This document shows, in pieces, positions 11,732 through 23,540 of a DNA stretch of 54,104 bases. Under the pieces are notes generated by a model that had not been told where the DNA came from, made no database searches, and saw nothing but the letters and a program-made list of their open reading frames with translations. Source of the stretch: Seison nebaliae (lineage: Eukaryota); the NCBI GenBank assembly GCA_023231475.1, contig JALJEE010002719.1, positions 1-54,104 of the forward strand. Direction: 5' to 3'. The translations under genes were made by a program, and so were the position numbers. Numbering within the stretch: the stretch's first letter is position 1; every line of letters begins with the position of its first letter.

Positions 11732-11873
11732 GGACAATTGAATATTGTTTGGGTGATCTCGTTCATTACGGTCAGTGATAAGAGATCACTACCTTTCGTG
11801 AGACATCTGTTTCAATCGTTGTGATGTTGTGACGTTGGGAACGTGCCTAGACCACTGCCCTACGCACGTCCCC
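11732..11873. repeat. Dispersed ~140 bp structured repeat, copy B
   Basis: Matches 658-788. Internal stem GTGATCTC...GAGATCAC and terminal hairpin CGTGCCTAG-ACCACTGCC-CTACGCACG. Confidence 0.85.
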
Positions 11874-12300
11874 AAAAGTATTAAAAGTTTCTACATTTAA
11901 CATTGTTTCTCAAAAAATTTCGTGGCATAACATTCCAAATTTTTTCGTTCCATTATTATTCTGGATATTTATTATTTATTTGATTTTATTCCAAAAAACA
12001 ATTTTATACTAACGTAAATTCATATTTAATTTTTATAACATATTCCCATACTTACACCAAAACTTAAAGTTAACATTTTTCTATATTATTTCACTGCGCA
12101 TGTTGTTGCTTTCACAGATGTAACCGTTCTCTCCTCTTCGCAACAGTCGGTCTCCTCCCCCTAACCATTCTCTTCTCTCTTCGAATTTTTAATCTTATGG
12201 AAAAAATTGCCGGATCTAACTTCCACACTTCTCATATTTCGAACACAAAATTCTTACATAATTGATCAGTATTTTCACATACTCGTCGATACTACGGGTT

Positions 12301-12597
12301 GGGTGATGGAGAAAAGGGCGTCCAACTTGTTTTTATGAGAAAAACAGAAAAAAGGGCGCCTCTTCTGTATGTTTCCCTTTTCATTTCTTTTTCCCTCCAT
12401 GTTTTCTAAAATATTCTTAATCCAAATGATGAAAAAATAATTGTGAGAACAAATATTCCTTATCTATGCTCGTTTAACTCAAGCATATATACGTATAATG
12501 CTGATCAAATATCTATTTTTCAACGAACTGTTGAACGTATAAATGGGGCGCCCTTTTTTTCCGCTTTTTTCAAAAAAACAAACACTTTTATCACCCG
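12301..12597. mobile_element. Putative MITE with imperfect terminal inverted repeats
   Basis: Left end GGGTGAT...TTGTTTTT...GAAAAAAGGGCGCCTC; right end GGGGCGCCCTTTTTTTC...AAAAAACAA...ATCACCCG; AT-rich non-coding interior. Confidence 0.55.
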
Positions 12598-12730
12598 AAA
12601 AAATGATCTGTCACACTTTTTGAACAGCATTTCTAACATTCTAATAAGTAATGAAGAAAAACAAAAATATATAAATCAAAATTAATTGATAATCAAAGAT
12701 TAATAATATCTCTTTTACTTACTGTTTGAT

Positions 12731-15481
12731 TCATCGTCGTCTCTTCCAAACCGAAGAACCTGTCTTCGGTTGTGTGGCCCTTCTTTATCTGAAATATCTC
12801 GTCTCGACTGTTTCGATCCAGACACCGACACTATCCCATGTTCCCGTATCGTATTTCGTCAATGACTTCAGTTCCTCCCATAGTGGTCGATTCTGGTTTT
12901 CATTTATCCAAGGAATAAATCGGAAACCGGTATACCAGTCATACGTTCTCATTGTTCCGGAGATAATCGTTTGTATTTCAGGATAAAATTCAATTCAACT
13001 GCATATCTGCAGGTCCATCGAAGAGGAAAGAAGGATTTAACCACATCCATTCCTTTCATCGTAATCCACAATCGTTGAGGAGTATTCCGCCAATTCCTTT
13101 GCTGACACAATGCATTTATCGCAAACAACATTTCTGGAATATATCGTGAACTTATCCGTATACTAGGTCGAATCAAATCTTTAGTGTAACTAGTAGAAAA
13201 AGCAGCTGTTGACCATCCTACTCGTTCTTCTTCACGAGTATTCCCGTATTTTGCCGCACATGAGAAATTTCCTAGGACAATTCCAAAATTCGTAGCCAAG
13301 CGAAAAATTTAGCTGCTCCAAACATCATCTGCACAGCAGACACAATTGTATGATGGAATACTGCGGCCCATTCCGAAGCATAATCTAATATTTTATTCCC
13401 GTCCATTCCATTATTAAAAGGAGGACATCCCAAAGAGAAGATTTGTGAAGCCCAATTCATATGTTCCATCATACATGTCCAAATTGCAGACATTATCCAC
13501 GCCGTCAATCGATCTGACTATTTGAAGTACGCATCATCGAAAAAAGACAAAGTATTATTTCCTCCATCCTTATCTCTTCCATTCAATGCCACCCGATTGA
13601 AGTCGAATCTCGTAACATTCCATTCCAAATTGAATAGTCCATATCCCACGCCGACTAGAGCACCATTCAATACCAACAATCTTAAAAGTTGTCCATAATC
13701 ATATTTAACGAATGCATTCCATTCGTCTTCGATATTCAAATTTTCCATTAACATCTCCATTATCGCCGGGATCAGACGGAAGAGAAAATTATAATCGTGA
13801 GGTTTCGTTCGGACCACGTTGTAAGTGGGAATTTCATACGGGAGAATCCATCTATTCCAATTCCTTCCATGAGAATTTCATTTCAAGAATAAAGAGGAGT
13901 CCACCATACAACCGCTTCCGGGATTCGATACGCTCGATGATCCTGCGGTATCTCCGTAACTAATCCAGTTGTGATCTCCTCGACATCAAGATCATTGTCA
14001 AAATGAATATTTCGTTCCGTTTTGGCATGATAAGGAATGTCAACCTGCTCTTCATCATTCGCATTCTGATTCGAATGTCGCTTATTCATAACCGAATTAT
14101 TCTTCTTGACATTTGGTTACGATTGTGTGGCGTTGGGAGCATCATTCTGATCTCCTTGTTCCATTTCTGTGGTTGTTGTGTTATTGTTCTTTCGCTTGTT
14201 GATATTAGTTCCTTGGTCCGTGACTGATTTCTTATGGATCGGGCCCATTGCGACAAACGTGTTATACCTTCTCTTCTCTAATTTTAGTGCCTGAGTATTA
14301 CCTGGGATGTTACTCTTCTCATGTTCCGGGATATTAATGAAACTTATATTGTCGTTATCTACTCGTCGCAGGATGGTCGCTCGTTATATAGACTCTATAT
14401 CATTGATTGGTGTTTCTTCTACTTCTGATTCTTTTACATCGATTTTTGGACCAAAGAATCCATATACTTCGTTTTTGATCTTCTTACTTGAAACATCCAA
14501 AAAGATACCGATTCTACAGCTAAAATGCAATCACTCTTCTCTTTTCGGGCTATTGCCAATTTTTGCATATATAAGAAAATAAGAGCACCACATGGAAGAG
14601 GAAGTACAGTATTGCGAGAGGGACATGTCTCTTCGCCCATAAAGACGATTGCCATCGGAATCTCAACATGTGCGATTCGTGATATTCGAGGAGCGACATC
14701 TTCATACTCCAACATAATTCCTTCTCTTGCGATACACGCCAAAATTGCCAATTCCATCATTACCAATTGTGATGAGTCCATTTATTTAAAAATAAAGACG
14801 AAAATTCCAAATGCGATTGCATCAGCCAAATCGCTTGCAAAACCATTCGCCGTCTTCACTAACTACTTCGCATTTCTCGCCATCACATTCTTCGTCCTGA
14901 ATCGCGATTTTGATTGTTTTGCAAATTCTACAGTGGCTGAGAAACACATCAACTTTTCATACAGATATGAGTTAAGGAACCGTTGACTCTGCATGAAGAA
15001 ACTTTTCGACAGGACATTTGCATCTGGAAACGATATATGCAGATATTTCACTGCCGCATGGATTCACTGCCTCACTCGGGGTTGGATTCCAAAATATTGC
15101 GTTGATTTCATCGTTCGAGATTTTCATCGTTGGAGTGTGCACGACAAACGGTTTATCCGCTGTTTGACACCAAGCCCGGAAATTTGCCACAATTGGAAAG
15201 TCCCTAAATCGCTGACGAGAGACCCTAGTTATAATGCAACCATCTTGTTTAACTGTTCCGAAATCGATGAATGCAACGATGTAGCGAATGGATCATAGAT
15301 GAACACTCATTTCCCAGACATCGGGAACTTTTGATCGGGTACTCTATAACTTATCGACGATAAGTATCCAGAATCTGGATTCCAGATGCTTCTGGATTGC
15401 ATCTGAGTCGAATTTTTCCATGCGATCATATGAAATTATAGTGTCTTGAGACACTGGCGGAGTCGCATTATTCTCCGTCAT
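12731..15481 (-). pseudogene. Decayed long intronless coding sequence (~900 codons) of unknown, probably mobile-element or viral, origin
   Basis: GC content is visibly higher than in the flanks. Minus-strand ORF fragments (14972-15190, 14863-15051, 14434-14781, 13883-14089, 13518-13817, 13272-13508, 12949-13299) are joined by isolated in-frame stops (e.g. TAG at 13518-13520) and frameshifts. Confidence 0.65.
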
Positions 15482-15778
15482 TTATCAAAATCGATTTTGC
15501 TAATGTTAAAACTTAAAATAATAATAAATTATTAATAAATAATATATAAATATTTATATAAATATATAAAAAATAATGGATAAAATATCCATAAAAATAA
15601 TAAAAAGAAAACTGATTACGATTCGGTGACAATTGCTCCTCTTTTTCTTCAACTACTTTGTTTTTTTACATTTTTAACTGATTACGCAAAGAGTAACATC
15701 CTAAATATATATATACATTCTTAAAATATTTTTTCTCCTCTATCAAATGGTTCCCATTACAATATGTTTGATGAGATA

Positions 15779-15921
15779 GGTTGAGAACTGTCCGAAAAAT
15801 TAATAAAAGGTTGAGAACTGTCCGGAAGTATAAAAAACTAGGTTGAGAACTGTCCGATTTTTGGGTTGAGAACTGTCCGCTGCAAAATATTTATATAGGG
15901 TTCCGATCTGTCCGGTTACCC
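15779..15921. mobile_element. Transposon terminus with subterminal tandem repeats (MULE/Mutator-like architecture)
   Basis: GGTTGAGAACTGTCCG at 15779, 15809, 15841 and 15864, followed by the variant GGGTTCCGATCTGTCCGGTTACCC. No matching opposite end was found in the window. Confidence 0.7.
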
Positions 15922-16438
15922 GCTAATCCAATCCTATCTCTACTATCCTACTTTGAACAAGTGAGGGAATATCTCGATCGTTCTGTTTGGAAGACTTACA
16001 AACGAAGGACCCACATAGTTAGACACATAATGAGATTGTTTCTGTTGATTAGTTTCATCGGAGGAAATTCATTTAGAGATTCTCATTAACAATATTTGCC
16101 ATACGAGATTGGAAAATAACGAAACAGGATCTTCATGCTCTTCTTCAATATTCTCAGATGAACCAGGATCGTCCCCATTCTCAATATCATTATTATGTAT
16201 AATAAAATAATAATTAAAAGTAAAAGTTAAAAATAATAAAAAGGCATTTGCTATCAGATTCAATACGATCTTGATGACTATAATATTAAAAGATGTATTA
16301 TTTAGTTAGTAGTAGTATTAGTTAGATATTTATTTAGTTAAGAAACTGGAAATTAATTCAGGAGTATGTGAGAGAACATCTGCCTCCACATTTAGAGATT
16401 CTGTTGAATTCTCCGACTATATAATCAAAATTGGAGAG

Positions 16439-18229
16439 ATGTTGATGCAAATATTTTCCATTTTACTTTCAATGAATTACTTTCACTTTCTATTTTCGCT
16501 TTACTTCGTTTCCCATGTGTTTTGTGTCGAAATCTCTCATTCAGACTCCCAATGTTATTAAAATTAAATTATTCAAATTTTAAATTTTTATTCCACCACT
16601 AATAGTTCATATAACTGATGATGATGCTAATTCTGATATAATCATAGGAATTGCTGTTAAGTTTTATTGTCCAGTTTACAAGAATATGGATATCGATTTA
16701 AAATTGTATGGAATCTTATCTCTCGGTAATGAAACGTCGACAACTTTCGATTATCGAATTTTTATGAAAGAAGATGAAAATGGATGTACAACCAATACGG
16801 AATATGTGGTTTTAATGAATTATATTTTAATAATTAATTGTCATTTATTTATATAGATAGGCACATTTACAACTACAATCCCAACCAATTGGATAGTGGA
16901 TCATGAAACATTTTTGAATTCAGATATGTCTGAATATATTTTCGATTTTCCCCTCACTCTGACAATAGACGAAATCAACAAAAAACAAATTTCATATGAT
17001 AATTTCAATCCGTTTATTATAGAAACAGTTAGAATTGATAAAACAGGAATTTTTCATTTTTCTTTTGCCATTAGTCGACAGTTTTGGTGAGGCATGACGA
17101 ACATGTTTTTCTTTTTAGTCTTCCAAATTTGCGCAATAATGCTTGGACCAAATTCGAATCGACGACATATGTAGATTTCGGTTATATCAATTTTTTTCAA
17201 ATATAAATTTATTAAATATTTATTCTTATGTTTTAGTTAAAAATAATTCTTTTCAATTACATCAATGGACAACGGTTTATTTGAAAGCAATCTACAAAAC
17301 GAATTGTAACGATTCATATACCAATTTTAAAATTGAATGGGATAGTGAATTCTCGATGAGTCAGTCGCTTTCACTTCGTGAGATAAAACCGCGATTATGT
17401 CAATCGTCATCATTATTTCTAATTCCATCCGACATCATTGAAGATATCGATAAATATTCGATTTCTAATTTCGACGATAAAGAATTGTCATCGGTTAATT
17501 TTTAGTACTACAAATATATTTATTTATAAAATTTTATTTCCATTTAGACAACAATAACTTTAATGAATTCATCGAACGATTATGTCGACATGATTTCTTA
17601 TACTTCATATCAGACAGGTAGTTTCATTCTGATTCCTGGAAGTAAATTAATGAAAAAAGCACGTTTAAATTTATTCATAATTTATAACCATATAAGTTTA
17701 ATTATCAATTAATTCAGATGATTCCATTTCAAATAATTACGTAGAAATCGATTATTATAGTCCATTCAAACCTCCACAATTTAACGGAAATAAAGTGCAC
17801 AAAAGTCAAAGAGAGAATGGCACTATTTTCGTCAATCTACCTCGCAATGCCGACTGGAATACAAATTATTTAACTAATGACATAATTCCAGTTAATTTTC
17901 TTCATTATAAATATGATTTAATTATATGTTTATTAATAAAATTGTAGATTGATCAACAACAAACTGATATTATGTTAAATAACTCGAGTTATTTTGAAAC
18001 TAATCCAATTTCATTTAATCGAACGTTGACGAGAAGCATGAAAGATATGGAGATTACCGATTATATGAACTCTGTTTGGAATAACAAAAAATTAATTTTG
18101 GAAGTATGCGTTTCACTAATGATAATTTGTGTGGCATGTTTCTGGTGGAAGAGTAATCAATTACAACGAATTGGAACGAAATTATCAACAGAAATCAGAA
18201 CAATGTCTTTAAAAATTAGTTCAAGCTAA
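16439..18229 (+). CDS. Uncharacterised type I membrane protein, 8 exons
   Basis: Signal-like N-terminus (MLMQIFSILLSMNYFHFLFSLYFVSHVFC). The frame stays open across seven GTT..AG introns. C-terminal TM LILEVCVSLMIICVACFWW; several NxS/T sites. The start codon is uncertain. Confidence 0.7.
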
Positions 18230-18595
18230 TGAATGTTATAAATCTTTCTCGAATTAACTCACATAAAATTGTTGTTCTATTCATATTTTCACTCGTTTTC
18301 AATTGATATCTGTCATATCTTTTTGTACGACTTTCTTTATTCTTTTTAATAGTTAACTAAATATATTTACAAGAATTATTATTTATTCATTTCAACTAAT
18401 CTTGGTCGAATTAATCAACTGTTGAAAAATGTTTAAAAACTCATAAAAATTATTGATATAATAATTATGAACTTTTTATAAGAGAAGAGGCCGATTTCTG
18501 AAGAGATTCATGAAAATTAAATTGATGTATTTTCCCATTTTATTGATCGTTAATGAAGTGGTGATATTTTAAAGTTTTAGCGGAATTCAAAGAGA

Positions 18596-20047
18596 ATGTT
18601 CTTTTATTTTCATTATTCACTTGTAATTGTATTTTTGCTGATAATTAGTTTGAAAGCGACTGATGATTTCTTTGCTTTATCATCAACGGATGATCATTCG
18701 TCATCCGATCAAATATTCGTTATAAAAGAAGTAATAAAATTCTTCGAATCTTCTAAGAAACAATTAAAGGATTTGAATTCTCCTTATCGAGAAGGAGATT
18801 TCTACCAAATACAAAAGTCATTCAATATTAGTAAGAAACAATTAAATTCTTATTTCGAATTATTTATTTCAACTCTAAACAAGATCCAATCGAACGAACC
18901 TGCTCAACAAATGGTTTTCTATGAATCATTCGAAGATCTCTTCTCCAATTTCCATTTGAAACATATTCCACAACATCAACCTAAATCAATGAGATTAAGC
19001 GATTCTCTTTACTTCTCCACCATCTTTTTCACTTCGATGGTTTGGATAACGATCTTCTTTTTCATTCATCTCAAATCCAAAACAAAATCCAAATTCAAAT
19101 TCCACGAAGAAATGAAAGAAGAGAAAATTAATTATATTCAAAAATCATTCGATAATTTCCTTCGATCATCTTCCGCCGTTTGTTGGAAAAGATGTATCAT
19201 CATGCTCGTCATCATCATGTTATTCGGATTGTCATTCATGAAAAATATACGTGAAGATTATATTCGTTACGATTCCAACATTCGAAAAACGAGACGTCAA
19301 TTGATGAATTGTAACGAGAAGAAATCGAGTTGGTTCCAACAAATTCTCCCCGTCGACATGTTCGGATATCCATCTGTTGATACTTGTGACGAGATTAGTA
19401 TGAGATTACATTATGCTTCATCATCAATATTTTATGAATTGGATTGGTCTCGTATCTTCTGGGATACGACAACTGATGTCTTCTTCAATTGGTTACCGCC
19501 AATGGCAGCAATGATAAAGAATGCTGGAGATCGAATTTTTTTGAAAAGTTCATTCGCCCAAACCATCCTTTATGGTTTAATGCTCTGTCTAATTATTTAT
19601 GTTGCTGCTGGTGTTATTTTTTCCGAATTAATTCGTTCAGTTTTCGGTCTGATAACAAATGTTTTTCAAAAAAAACCGAAAAAAAAAGATTCATTTGTCG
19701 AGGAGAATGATCGGAATAAAATGAAAGAAAAAATTACAGATAAAATTGGAGGAACGTCAATAATGGGAAAGAATGACGATTGTCAAATTAAATTGAATGA
19801 TGATGAACTCTTCTCAATTCTCCAACAACGAATCTCTAAAAGAGACTTGAACAAAATGAATATGAAGAGTATTCTCCCTCAAATCAATGAAGAAATTCGA
19901 TTGAATACAAGTGAAGAAATTTATAAGAAAGATTTTCCTGACAATTCATCAAGGAGAACTCGTTTAATGAGTGATTTGGAGAGTATTAAACGTTTGAGAC
20001 AAAAACGTCGGTCGAAAAGTTTATATAATCGAACGGCACATTCCTAA
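18596..20047 (+). CDS. Multi-pass membrane protein, CLCC1/MCLC-like, intronless
   Basis: Signal peptide, two TM helices, a loop with CNEKKSSW...DTC, a third TM and a charged tail. This matches CLCC1 architecture from recall; similarity is weak. Confidence 0.5.
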   Translation: MFFYFHYSLVIVFLLIISLKATDDFFALSSTDDHSSSDQIFVIKEVIKFFESSKKQLKDLNSPYREGDFYQIQKSFNISKKQLNSYFELFISTLNKIQSNEPAQQMVFYESFEDLFSNFHLKHIPQHQPKSMRLSDSLYFSTIFFTSMVWITIFFFIHLKSKTKSKFKFHEEMKEEKINYIQKSFDNFLRSSSAVCWKRCIIMLVIIMLFGLSFMKNIREDYIRYDSNIRKTRRQLMNCNEKKSSWFQQILPVDMFGYPSVDTCDEISMRLHYASSSIFYELDWSRIFWDTTTDVFFNWLPPMAAMIKNAGDRIFLKSSFAQTILYGLMLCLIIYVAAGVIFSELIRSVFGLITNVFQKKPKKKDSFVEENDRNKMKEKITDKIGGTSIMGKNDDCQIKLNDDELFSILQQRISKRDLNKMNMKSILPQINEEIRLNTSEEIYKKDFPDNSSRRTRLMSDLESIKRLRQKRRSKSLYNRTAHS

Positions 20048-20367
20048 TTCTTATTTTTCATTTATTTCCATGTTAATAATTTACCTTAATAATTTTCACT
20101 TTTTTTTTGAAAATTTCATTAATTTCACACGAAGCATTTTCCCGATCATCCATTTTCAGAATTGTTGTGATGGCTTCTAATCAATAATTCTTTTGTCTAA
20201 CATCTCTAACGACATTTCAACAAATGTGCACAATTTATTTTTTGTTTCATTAATAATTTCTTCTTTTCCACTTTTTTAAGTTTGACAGATAAATAATAAA
20301 AAAAATTCCCAATTTTTTACTTCGTTTCACACAAAATCTCAACAACAAACATTCTCGATTAAGACAT

Positions 20368-20769
20368 ATGGATTTCTTCTTTATACTCAAATGTCTCTTC
20401 ATTTCAATCATTTGGGGCAGTAGCAATCCAGCTATCAGTTTTAGCAGTCGTCAAACGAATTTAGAAGATGGAAGTGCAACGATATTTCAACAATTAAGAC
20501 TTCTCTTTTCTAATCCATTATATGTCATCAGTATTCTATTCAATTCGAGTGCATCCTTTCTTTATTACGCATTAATTAGTCGGTCAGCAAGTGATTTATC
20601 TTTAGCATCACCAATCATTAATTCGCTGACCACATTCTTCACTTGTATGGCAGGAACGACGGTATTTCGAGAACAATTGAATTTTAATCCGAAAAATATT
20701 TCCGGCGCTTTTCTCATATTTTTCGGCTCTTATCTATGTCTCACAGCCACAGCTATTAGAGATACATAA
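20368..20769 (+). CDS. TMEM234: Transmembrane protein 234 homolog (DMT/EamA-like)
   Basis: IIWGSSNPAI, NPLYVISILFNSSASFLYY and DLSLASPIINSLTTFFT; four TM helices in 133 aa. Confidence 0.85.
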   Translation: MDFFFILKCLFISIIWGSSNPAISFSSRQTNLEDGSATIFQQLRLLFSNPLYVISILFNSSASFLYYALISRSASDLSLASPIINSLTTFFTCMAGTTVFREQLNFNPKNISGAFLIFFGSYLCLTATAIRDT

Positions 20770-21040
20770 ATTTTTACTAAATAAATTTTAAAATTAATTG
20801 TAAGAAAATTTGTTACGAAGGAGAAAAACATTGAAAATTTTTTATTTGTATTTCAGTTCTCACATTCTATTTCATTCGCTAACGATGAAAGTTCTGTTTC
20901 GTATGTAAATGAAAAATTAATCCATTCTTCTTTCAACTTTTCTTATTTTTTGACTGTGTACTTATTTTCAGTTTCCCTAATATTTTGGTGATAAATTATC
21001 ATCAAATCAAAATATTTCTCTTTCAAACTCATCTACCAAT

Positions 21041-23253
21041 ATGTCATGGTATTCGAATCATCGACGAATTGTCGTTGTTGTTCTCGCATTCTTCGCATTA
21101 GTTTTCATTCATGCGATGCGCACAAATATTTCGGTTATCGCAGTCGGTATAGTTCATAATGATGCACATGCGATGTTGGGTAGTAGTAAGGCGAAAAGCA
21201 GCGTTAATAATTTATTAAATTCTATTTCAATAAATCTCTCAAATTCTTTTCTTAACGGAATTATTTTACTATTAATCAGATACCTCGAATTAAATGGACT
21301 CCTAAAGAATTAGGTATTATTCATTGTGTCTTCTATATCGGATATACAATTACACATTTGCCAGGCGGTTTTCTCGCCACTCGATTCCCATCAGCATAGT
21401 TAATAATTTTAAAATTTTGATAAATTTCTAAAAAAAGAAATAACTTTTAATTTGAATAGTATCATGCAAATAGGTGTATTGCTGTCGGCAATTTTGAATT
21501 TATTTGTTCCAATTGCGATTAACAAATCATTCTCTATCTGTATCGTCATTCGAATTGTACAAGGTCTGGCAGAAGTTAGAGTTTTTTTAAATCCAAAAAT
21601 TATCCATTTGATGGTTTTCAGGGAACTGTTTATCCCGCCACGTACGTTCTATTGAGTCAATGGATTCCGAAAAATGAAAGAGGAAGAATGGGAGGCATCA
21701 CTTATACTGGTGTTTATGCTGGAGCAATTCTTGGCTATTTATTTGGAGGTCCCGTCGCTCATTATTTGGGTTTCAATTACCTTTTTTATTTTAGTGGTTA
21801 GATCTTGTAAAAAATGATGAGAAAATAACAATTATTTGGTTGAAGGACTTGTTTCTATTGTTTGGGTATTGGTTGCATATTTTCTATTGTATTCAACTCC
21901 AAGAGATGATCCAAATGTCACTGCTATCGAAATGGAAACCATTAATGCCGGAACTTCATTAACAACACTTAATGTTGATGATTCCCGACCATATACACCG
22001 TGGAAAGAAATTTTAACATCTCTTCCAGTTTGGTCAATAGCATTAGGACAATTTGCACGTTCATGGGTTTTCTTCCTGATGTTGTCGAACGAACCGGTGT
22101 ATCTCAGTCTCTTCAATTTTAATTTAGCAACAGTTAAAATTTTAATGAAATCCTATAAGAAACTATTGTTTAGAATGGCGTTCTCAGTTCTCTACCTCAT
22201 ATCGTTATGGTAATAACTGCCTTCACTAGTGGTTTCATAGCAGACGCTTTCATTATCGATTGGAGGAAATCGATAACATTAACACGAAAAGTATTCACTG
22301 CAACTGGATTTTCGATTGAAGCAATCTCCTTATTAGTTCTCGGTTTTATTCGTACTGGTCCATGGGCACTCGTCTGCCTCTCAATCGGTATTGGAATGAG
22401 TGGATTAACTGTTTCCGGTTCATTTAAATTTATTCCATTAATTCAAATATAACCTCATTAAATCTCAATTATAAAGGATGGCAAATCAATCATCTTGACT
22501 TAACTAAACGTCATACAGGAATTGTTGCTGGTTTTGGTGCAACCATTGGCAATTTTGCGGGAATTCTTTCTCCTTTCATTGCCGGTGTTCTAACTAAACA
22601 TCAAGTTCGTTTCAATTTTTTTATCTACTTTTTATTATTTTTTATTAGACTTTAGAGCAATGGCGTTTAGTATTCGTCATCACAAGTTGCATAATAATCG
22701 TTTGCACACTCTTTTATCTTTTGTTCGGATCAGGTTATCTTTTATATTCTTATACGGTTTTTAAAAATGAATTTTGATTAAAGGTGAAAGACAACAATGG
22801 GACCATTTCAAACCTTCGAAATTTCCTAATCGAATAAAAAAAATGAATTCGAGAGGACCAACTTATGATGAGGAACATAATGTTAATGAGAACAATGAAA
22901 ACGGATTTCATGAACGTTTGCACCTGAATAATAGTGCGGAAAAGGTGGATGAATTTGTTCCAAATCCATTCATCCTGTCTCATCTACCTCCAAACGATTC
23001 CTTCTATTGTATAAGTCAAAAGAATCACAATCAAAATAATTACAAAGGAAAAAGTTATTCGATGTCGGAATTATTCTTTCGTCAATCAAATGCCAAACTA
23101 CTCCAAGGATCATCGTCAAAGAATTGTGATTATAATTTGAACCTGAACAACAATAACAATCATTTCCGATATAAAAACAAATATCATTCCTTAACCAAAA
23201 TCAATTTGCTTCATTTACGTCGCTGTGAATCGGTACCGACGTTTTTAAGATGA
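21041..23253 (+). CDS. SLC17 family vesicular glutamate transporter-like protein; 9 exons (introns 21203-21279, 21399-21459, 21575-21621, 21797-21845, 22133-22173, 22418-22476, 22605-22648, 22734-22783)
   Basis: MRTNISV, GYTITHLPGGFLATRFP, RIVQGLAE|GTVYPA, WIPKNERGR, TPWKEILTSLPVWSI, FARSWVFF, SG|WQINHLDL and FGSG|ERQQW. FARSW and NHLD are VGLUT-type motifs. Confidence 0.9.
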
Positions 23254-23354
23254 AAAATATAAAAAGCGATTTTTAATTTCTACAATATTTTATATTTGCC
23301 ATTTGATTTGAAGAAAAAGGGTAAGAAAAAGAATAAATAAAAATATTCCATATT

Positions 23355-23540
23355 TTATGGTCTGTAGTCGAAATCATATGACTTCAGTGGTTGTGATTGT
23401 GTGTCGAACAGATCCATCAGATAATCATCATTCGTTGGTGCAGTTGAGTCTAATGCTGCTGCTGTTACATAAACGTCCAGTAGTTTCGTCGAATATAAGA
23501 GTAGAAAGCAGCTAAAGAGTAAATAAAAAGAATTGAACAT
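23355..23540 (-). CDS. Small secreted peptide precursor (putative)
   Basis: MFNSFYLLFSCFLLLYSTKLLDVYVTAAALDSTAPTNDDYLMDLFDTQSQPLKSYDFDYRP*: hydrophobic leader, acidic spacer, short C-terminal peptide. Confidence 0.45.
   Translation of the reverse strand: MFNSFYLLFSCFLLLYSTKLLDVYVTAAALDSTAPTNDDYLMDLFDTQSQPLKSYDFDYRP

Noticed and set aside
12731..15481. Alternative genetic code or stop-codon readthrough to explain the in-frame stops
   Set aside because: Stops of all three types occur together with frameshifts, and host genes end normally in TAA, TAG and TGA. Decay is the simpler explanation.
15779..15880. CRISPR-like array (16-bp repeats with short spacers)
   Set aside because: Eukaryotic context, spacers only 7-16 nt and AT-rich, no cas genes; it fits transposon subterminal repeats.
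16197..16242. Possible GTA-starting intron (GTATAA...AAAG) in a putative gene fragment at 15922-16430, an exception to the GTT rule
   Set aside because: No recognisable protein constrains the frame, and the region abuts a transposon end and may be a pseudogene. It was counted neither for nor against the GTT rule, but should be checked in RNA-seq.
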